DNA of 40,102 nt from Polyangiaceae bacterium (lineage in GTDB: Bacteria; Myxococcota_A; Polyangia; Polyangiales; Polyangiaceae). Each line of letters begins with the position of its first letter. Position 1 is the stretch's first letter. Positions 34,418 through 40,102 of this stretch are shown here, one piece after another. Position numbers and translations under genes: made by a program. The DNA lies in assembly GCA_044222475.1 (NCBI GenBank), contig JBGANF010000072.1:1-40102 (forward strand), in the 5' to 3' direction. The notes under the pieces are model-generated. The model made no database searches. It was not told the origin of the DNA and saw nothing but the letters and a program-made list of their open reading frames with translations.

Positions 34418-36403
34418 CTACTTCGGCAGCACGTGCAGCACGTCGCGCAAGACGATGATCAGGATCCCCATCAGCCCCTCGCCCGCGACGATCCCGCTCG
34501 CGCCGCTGACGCGATAGCGGTCCGAAAAGTCCTTCTTGTACTTGCCGAGCATCCACGCGCCCGCTGCGCCGGTGAACATCGCGATGCTGTCGTTGGCGTC
34601 GATCACCAGCGCGATCCCGAGACCCGTTGCGCTCGGGATCCACGGCTTCCAGGACTTCGGCGCGAGCTCCTCGAGCGTCGCGAGGATGGCCCCGAGCACG
34701 AGCCCGATCACGATCGCGGGGAGCGCGAGCTGCGGCAGGTTGCTCGGCCCGTCCTTCATGAGCTTGGCGACGCTCGCCCACGCGACCGCGGCGGGCGCGG
34801 CGATCTCGTTGCCGAGCTTCTCGGGCTTTGCGAGCAAGAGGTAGATCGGGACGCACGCACACGCGCCGGCGACGACACCGGCGAGCTGCGCGAACAGCTG
34901 CTTGCGGGGCGCGCCGCCGAGGAGATAGCCGGTCTTCACCTCGGTGAGGAGGTCGGCCGAGTGCGCGGCCGAGCCCGCGGTCACGGTCGCGGTCATCAGG
35001 TTCGCGGTCGCGTTGCCGGGGACGAGGACGCCGAACGTGAGCTGCGTGATCTTGCCGAGCGCGCTGATGGGCGTGATGTTCGTCTCGCCGGTGGCCCGCG
35101 CGGCGACAATCGAGAGGACGAACGCCAGCGCGACCGAGATGAGCCCCTCGAACACCGGCACGTCGAACCACGCGCGTTGGATGATGACGCACGCCACCGT
35201 GCAGATCGCGAGACCGATGGCAAACCATCGCGTGGGGATCTCGACGTGCGCGATCGGGTCGTGCACCGCCGGGCCACGACGAAAGGAGCGCCACACGCCG
35301 ATCAGCGCGCGGCTGACGGTGCGCCAACGAAAGCCGAAGGTCGTCAGCGCGGCCGACAGCATGATGGCGGTCCCCGGCCACACGCTCCACTTCGCGCGGA
35401 GCTCGCGATACAGGACCGCGGCGTCTTGAACCGGAAGCGCGTGGCGCGCCTCGGAGGCGAGGCGGAACGCCTTCCACGCGGCCGGATCCGACGCGATCTC
35501 GGGAGGCGCGAGATCGAGCACCTGATGGTCGAGGAGCCACGGCCCGAGGATCGCGAAGTTCACGATCGCGCCGACGAGGAGGCTCGCGGTGACGCGCAGA
35601 CCGACGAACGATCCCGCAGCGTAGAGCAGCAGGCTCGTGTTCGCCCGGAACGACCAAGCGCCGAGCGACTTCCCGCGGATGTGACCGAAGAACGGGATGA
35701 AGTCGGGGATCTTCTTCAGGATGCCGAGCTTCGACTCGACGAGGAACTTGAGCCCGGCCGCTCCGAGCCCGGCGACGAGGAGCGAGCGCGCCTTCGAGAG
35801 CGCCTCCTTCCCTTCGGAGTGCATCGTGCGGATCGTCTCGGCGCAGACGATCGCGGTCGGGAAGCGGAGCTGCTCCGCGTTGATCATGCTGCGCTTGAGC
35901 GGGATCGCGACGAAGACCCCGAGCGCGGCGATCGCGAGCAGGAAGACGATGAGCTGCCACGCCGCGAGCTCCGGCGTGTCGATCACGCCGTCACGGCGGA
36001 GCATCGTGAGCGCGGGTATGGAGCTGACGAGCCCGGCCGTCGCCATGTACGCCGCGGCCGACGCCGCGGTCTGCGACGTGTTCGTCTCGAGCATGGAGAG
36101 CGGACGAACGCCGGGGAAGACGCGACGCGCTCCGCTGAAGAGGGCGAAGGTGAGGATGCTCGAGGTGATGCTCATGCCGAAGATCCAGCCGATCTTCAGG
36201 CCGATGTAGAGATCGCTCACGCTGAGCACGGCTCCGAGCACGACGCCGGTCAGGACGGCGCGCACCGTGAGCTGCGGAACCTTGGCGTCGTACACGCGAG
36301 CGAGCCACTCGCCGTCGCGCTTGGCGACCGCCTCCGGATCGGTGAGCGGCGCATAGTCCATCGCCGGAGGCGGGAGCGATTCGCCGTTGGGGTCTTCACT
36401 CAT
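34418..36403 (-). CDS. OPT-family oligopeptide transporter
   Basis: QLTVRAVLTG, YIGLKIGW, LETN..QT.ASA, LRFP, ARATGETNITP, KTGYLLG..PRKQ, SGIVAGEGL. Confidence 0.93.
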   Translation of the reverse strand: MSEDPNGESLPPPAMDYAPLTDPEAVAKRDGEWLARVYDAKVPQLTVRAVLTGVVLGAVLSVSDLYIGLKIGWIFGMSITSSILTFALFSGARRVFPGVRPLSMLETNTSQTAASAAAYMATAGLVSSIPALTMLRRDGVIDTPELAAWQLIVFLLAIAALGVFVAIPLKRSMINAEQLRFPTAIVCAETIRTMHSEGKEALSKARSLLVAGLGAAGLKFLVESKLGILKKIPDFIPFFGHIRGKSLGAWSFRANTSLLLYAAGSFVGLRVTASLLVGAIVNFAILGPWLLDHQVLDLAPPEIASDPAAWKAFRLASEARHALPVQDAAVLYRELRAKWSVWPGTAIMLSAALTTFGFRWRTVSRALIGVWRSFRRGPAVHDPIAHVEIPTRWFAIGLAICTVACVIIQRAWFDVPVFEGLISVALAFVLSIVAARATGETNITPISALGKITQLTFGVLVPGNATANLMTATVTAGSAAHSADLLTEVKTGYLLGGAPRKQLFAQLAGVVAGACACVPIYLLLAKPEKLGNEIAAPAAVAWASVAKLMKDGPSNLPQLALPAIVIGLVLGAILATLEELAPKSWKPWIPSATGLGIALVIDANDSIAMFTGAAGAWMLGKYKKDFSDRYRVSGASGIVAGEGLMGILIIVLRDVLHVLPK

Positions 36404-36410
36404 GCGGTGG

Positions 36411-38090
36411 TCACCACGCGGCGGCGAAGCCAGCTTTCCGCGGGTCGGCCGCAGCGAGGAGGCGTGTCGTCGAACCGCTGCGTTCGATCGCGACCATCTG
36501 GACCGCCGATCCTAGGATCGGCTCCGTGAGCACGGTCTCGCCTGCAGTGCGGAGGCCGGTGCGCACGTCCTCGGGGACGTCGGGGTCGACGTACACCACG
36601 GTTCCGTTGGTGAAGATGCGCGGCGCCGACACGCAGGTCTGCGGGTCGAACCCGAAGACGAGTCGCGCGAGCGTCGTCTGCGTCACGGCGGTCGCGATTC
36701 GTCGGCCGCCCGAGCCACCGACGACGAGGATCGGCGCGCCGTTCTCGAACACGATCGTCGGCGCCATGCTCGACACCGGGCGCGCGCCTCCGTGCGGCAC
36801 GTTGGGCCCGAGGCCGACGGTGCCGTAGCCGGCGACGTCGTCCGGGGTCGCGAAGTCGTCGAGCTCGTTGTTGAGCCAGATACCGGTGTCACCGGCGACG
36901 ATGCGCGCACCGAACGGCGTGTTGATCGTCGTGGTGAGCGTGACGATGTTGCCCTCGGCGTCGACCACGATGAGGTGCGACGTGCCGTCTTCGCGCGTCT
37001 TGAACTCGATCCCCGGGTGGGTCTTGTCGGCTGCCATCCGCGCGCGCCGGGCGGCGAGTTGTCCGTCGTCGAGCGCTTGGTTGTAGTCGGGCGAGACGGT
37101 GGGCTCGAAATCGGGATCGCCAGCGAGGCGAATGCGATCGGCCAGGGCGCCGCGCATCGTCTCGGCGAGCATGTGGTCGTAGGCGCTCGAACCGAAGCCG
37201 AGCGCGCCGAGCGACGACATCGAGTCGGCGCCCCACATCACGAGGTGCTCGAGGAGCATCAGGCCACCGGCCGAGGGCGCGGGCATCGTCGAGATCGTGC
37301 GCCGGCCGATGGTGCGAGTGAGCGGAAAGCGCTCCCTCACCTGATAGTCCGACAGGTCGCGGGCGGTCATCGCGCTGCCGTCGGCGACCGCAGCGGCGCG
37401 AATCTTCGTCGCGATGTCACCCTGGTAGAAGGGAGCCTTTCCTTCGGCGCCGAACCGCGCGAGCGTCCGTGCGAGCTCGGGGCGTTGCCAGCGCGCACCG
37501 AACGCGAGCGGCGTACCAAGTGGGGACAACTCCCGAGCGAACGACGTTCCCTCGTAGAGCGCGCGCATCCCGACGACCATGCTCGCGAGGTGATGGCCGA
37601 CTGCGAATCCGTCGCGCGCGAGCGCGACCGCCGGTGCGGCGTCGATGGCGAGCGACTTCCTCGCGCCGTGGGTGCTGAGCCAGGCGAGCCCCGCCGGCTC
37701 GCCCGGGACACCGACCGACACACCACGAGTCTTCCGCGCGACCATGGCCTCGACGCCGAGGTCCCTGGGCGCGGTCTCGCGGAAGTCGATCGCGACGAGC
37801 TTCTTGTCGCGCGCGCTGTAGACGAGCGCGAAACCTCCACCGCCGATCCCGCTGGACCCAGGCGACACGACCCCGAGCGCGAGTGCTGCGGCGATCGCCC
37901 CGTCGAGCGCGTTGCCGCCCTGGCCCATGACCGCGAGCGCTGCCCGCGTCGCCTCCGCGTTGTCGGTGGCGACGGCGGCGTGCGGCCCTTCGGCGGGGGG
38001 AGGAAACGCGCCGCGCGAGGGCATGGCGACCGCCAGCATCCCCGCGACCAGGGCCGCCCCCCATAGAACCTCTCGCCCACCGGACCTCAT
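36411..38090 (-). CDS. ggt: Gamma-glutamyltransferase (exported)
   Basis: GGNALDGAIA, SGIGGGGF, DFRETAP, GVPG, GTSHLIVVD (Thr nucleophile), TTTIN, NELDDF, SSMAP, GGSGG, ADPRK. Confidence 0.94.
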   Translation of the reverse strand: MRSGGREVLWGAALVAGMLAVAMPSRGAFPPPAEGPHAAVATDNAEATRAALAVMGQGGNALDGAIAAALALGVVSPGSSGIGGGGFALVYSARDKKLVAIDFRETAPRDLGVEAMVARKTRGVSVGVPGEPAGLAWLSTHGARKSLAIDAAPAVALARDGFAVGHHLASMVVGMRALYEGTSFARELSPLGTPLAFGARWQRPELARTLARFGAEGKAPFYQGDIATKIRAAAVADGSAMTARDLSDYQVRERFPLTRTIGRRTISTMPAPSAGGLMLLEHLVMWGADSMSSLGALGFGSSAYDHMLAETMRGALADRIRLAGDPDFEPTVSPDYNQALDDGQLAARRARMAADKTHPGIEFKTREDGTSHLIVVDAEGNIVTLTTTINTPFGARIVAGDTGIWLNNELDDFATPDDVAGYGTVGLGPNVPHGGARPVSSMAPTIVFENGAPILVVGGSGGRRIATAVTQTTLARLVFGFDPQTCVSAPRIFTNGTVVYVDPDVPEDVRTGLRTAGETVLTEPILGSAVQMVAIERSGSTTRLLAAADPRKAGFAAAW

Positions 38091-38140
38091 CGCCGGCGAG
38101 CATACCCATTCCTGGTTCGCGGGTGCTAGCCTGCGCACCG

Positions 38141-39091
38141 ATGCGTTTCGTCTACGTGATGGACCCGATCTCGCGCGTGAATCCCCACAAGGACACGACG
38201 TTCGCCTTCCAGCGGGCGGCGCAGGCACGCGGCCACGTCGCCCTCCACTGCGAGCCGAAGGATCTCTACGTCCTCGAAGGCAAGGCGTTCGCGAAGTGCC
38301 GGCAGCTGACCGTTTCGGACGACCTCCCCTACTTCGACTTCGGCGACTACGCCGACTACCGCCTCGGCGAGATCGACGCGGTCTTCATCCGCAAAGACCC
38401 GCCGTTCGATCAGGCCTACCTCTACGCCACGCTCGTCCTCGAGAACGCCCGCGGCGAGACGCTGATCGTCAACGACCCGCGCGGCCTGCGCGACGCGAAC
38501 GAGAAGCTCTACGCGATGCACTTCCCCGAGCTCACGCCGAGGACGCTCGTCACGGCCGATCGAGACCGAATCTTCGCGTTCGTGAAGGACGTGGGCGGCA
38601 AGGGCGTCATCAAGCCGCTCGACGGCGCGGGCGGCTCCGGCGTGATGATGCTCCGCCAGGACGACACGAACGCGCGGTCCATCGTCGACACGCTCACCGG
38701 CGAAGGTTCGCGCATCGCGATGGTGCAGGAGTTCTTGCCGCTGGTGACCAAGGGCGACAAGCGCGTGCTGCTCCTCGAAGGGAAGATCCTCGGCGCGATC
38801 AACCGCGTGCCCCGCAAGGACGACATTCGCTCCAACATCCACGTCGGCGGCTCGGTCGAGCCGACCGAGGTGACCGCACGCGAGCGTCAGATCGTCGAGA
38901 CGATCGCGCCGCGTTTGCTGCGCGATGGTCTCTTCTTCGTCGGCCTCGACGTCATCGGCGAGCGACTGACCGAGGTCAACGTCACCTCGCCGACCGGGAT
39001 CCAGGAGCTCGGCCATCACCTCGGTCGCGACGTCGCCGCCGACGTGATCGCGTGGACCGAGAGCAAAGCGGCAGGCTTCGAGAAGCGGTGA
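38141..39091 (+). CDS. gshB: Glutathione synthetase
   Basis: MDPI, KDTTF, RKDPPFD..Y, NEKL, KPLDG.GG, GDKR, RSNIHVGG, GLDVIG..LTEVNVTSPTG. Confidence 0.97.
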   Translation: MRFVYVMDPISRVNPHKDTTFAFQRAAQARGHVALHCEPKDLYVLEGKAFAKCRQLTVSDDLPYFDFGDYADYRLGEIDAVFIRKDPPFDQAYLYATLVLENARGETLIVNDPRGLRDANEKLYAMHFPELTPRTLVTADRDRIFAFVKDVGGKGVIKPLDGAGGSGVMMLRQDDTNARSIVDTLTGEGSRIAMVQEFLPLVTKGDKRVLLLEGKILGAINRVPRKDDIRSNIHVGGSVEPTEVTARERQIVETIAPRLLRDGLFFVGLDVIGERLTEVNVTSPTGIQELGHHLGRDVAADVIAWTESKAAGFEKR

Positions 39092-39098
39092 TTGCAGC

Positions 39099-40082
39099 GT
39101 GCCTCTGACCATCATCGTCAAGAGCGACGCCAACGAGAAGAGTGAGCTGGAGCTCACGTTCGACGGCGGCCGGGTGGTCATCGGGCGAGGGCCGAGCTGC
39201 GACGTGCGACTCCCGGATCCGAGCGTGAGCCAGCGGCACGCGATCATCCGCGCGGACGGTGCGACCTACCAGCTCCTCGACGAAGGCAGCCCGAACGGGA
39301 CCTTCGTCGGCGGAGTGAGGCTCGCGCCGAAGGCGCCGCGCACCCTGCGCACCGGGGATCTCGTCCGCGTGGGTCGCGTGTGGCTGGAGGTTCGGATCGA
39401 TCAGACGGTCGCGACGGCGGACATCGCGATGGCCACGCGCGATCTCGCGCTGGCGCTCGTCGCGCGCGGGATCGGCGCCATCGGCGGAAACGTGACGCCG
39501 AAGGTGGTCGTGGTCGAGGGGCCCGATCTCGGGGCCGAGCTCGAGCTGGCCGAGGAGGGTCGCGTGTACGTCATCGGTCGCGGTGAAAAGTGCGACCTCC
39601 TTCTCGCCGATCCGGACGCGTCGCGCGAGCACGCGCAGCTCGTTCGGCGCGGGCGTACGGTGCTCATCCGCGATCTGGGGTCGAAGAACGCGGTGTACCT
39701 CGGCGAGCAGGAGCTCACGAAGGGGCGCGACGTGCCTTGGAAGTCGAACGTCGTGGTTCGGATGGGGGCGAGTGTGCTCGGTCTCGAGGAGCCGGTGGCC
39801 GCGGCGCTCGCCGAGCTGGAGGCCGCGCCCGACGAGCCGGTGGCCGAAGCGGACATCCCGCCGCCGCCGAAGAGCCAGAAGGAAATGGCTGCGCCGCCGC
39901 CGAGCGCGCGGGGTGCGGATGCGCCGATCGCGAATGTGTCCGAAGCGATGGCGAGCGCGACGACGGTGCCGACGAGGAAGAAGAAGAGCACGGTATCGCA
40001 GACCGATGTGTTCATCGCGGCGCTGGCGATCCTCGTGCTGGCGCTGTCGGTGGCGGGTCTCTATTGGGTGCTGAAGGGTTGA
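39099..40082 (+). CDS. Tandem-FHA-domain protein with C-terminal TM anchor
   Basis: IGRG..CD..L.D.SVSQRHA...GSPNGT and IGRG..CD..L.D..ASREHA...DLGSKNA; terminal hydrophobic helix. Confidence 0.9.
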   Translation: MPLTIIVKSDANEKSELELTFDGGRVVIGRGPSCDVRLPDPSVSQRHAIIRADGATYQLLDEGSPNGTFVGGVRLAPKAPRTLRTGDLVRVGRVWLEVRIDQTVATADIAMATRDLALALVARGIGAIGGNVTPKVVVVEGPDLGAELELAEEGRVYVIGRGEKCDLLLADPDASREHAQLVRRGRTVLIRDLGSKNAVYLGEQELTKGRDVPWKSNVVVRMGASVLGLEEPVAAALAELEAAPDEPVAEADIPPPPKSQKEMAAPPPSARGADAPIANVSEAMASATTVPTRKKKSTVSQTDVFIAALAILVLALSVAGLYWVLKG

Positions 40083-40102
40083 GGCTTCCGTGAGTTCTCT
40101 CC

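Noticed and set aside
72..40093. Many long overlapping or antisense ORFs (e.g. 72..1946, 559..2472, 15244..17898, 34391..36529)
   Set aside because: Arg/Ala/Gly-rich shadow frames expected in high-GC DNA; no motifs; each overlaps a well-supported gene.

Overview
High-GC (roughly 68-70% by eye, not computed) bacterial chromosomal segment with about 37 densely packed CDSs. Gene style (many Cys-lipoproteins with Asp/Ala/Gly/Thr linkers, thrombospondin type-3 repeats, FHA and HEAT proteins, a SigR-like ECF) suggests Myxococcota, probably Polyangiales; this is an inference. In order: 5'-truncated amidohydrolase-TSP3-OB-fold fusion; partial liv ABC operon; split membrane/spermidine-synthase-like pair; long palindrome plus MarR-like gene; PHI-1-like lipoprotein; peptidase-propeller-Omp85 fusion; peptidase S51, rhodanese and HEAT protein; PBP transpeptidase; tdk; two small proteins; WD40 protein; degenerate ABC-type ATPase; alpha/beta hydrolase; NtrY-like kinase; TlpA; orphan ABC ATPase; PhaR-like regulator; SigR-like ECF/anti-sigma; YbhB-like protein; OPT-ggt divergent from gshB-FHA. 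I found no rRNA, tRNA, CRISPR array, transposase or integrase. Most notable: (1) a 58-bp imperfect palindrome with an 11-6-11 core at an apparent local G/C-skew flip before the MarR-like gene, with a similar G-rich ramp at the window end; (2) a hairpin burying the livK Shine-Dalgarno; (3) nine genes with a -10 hexamer 6-8 nt before the start codon (apparent leaderless mRNAs); (4) a divergent glutathione synthesis/salvage module; (5) a GGAAT-N18-GTT promoter before the SigR-like ECF. All family calls come from motif recognition, not database searches.
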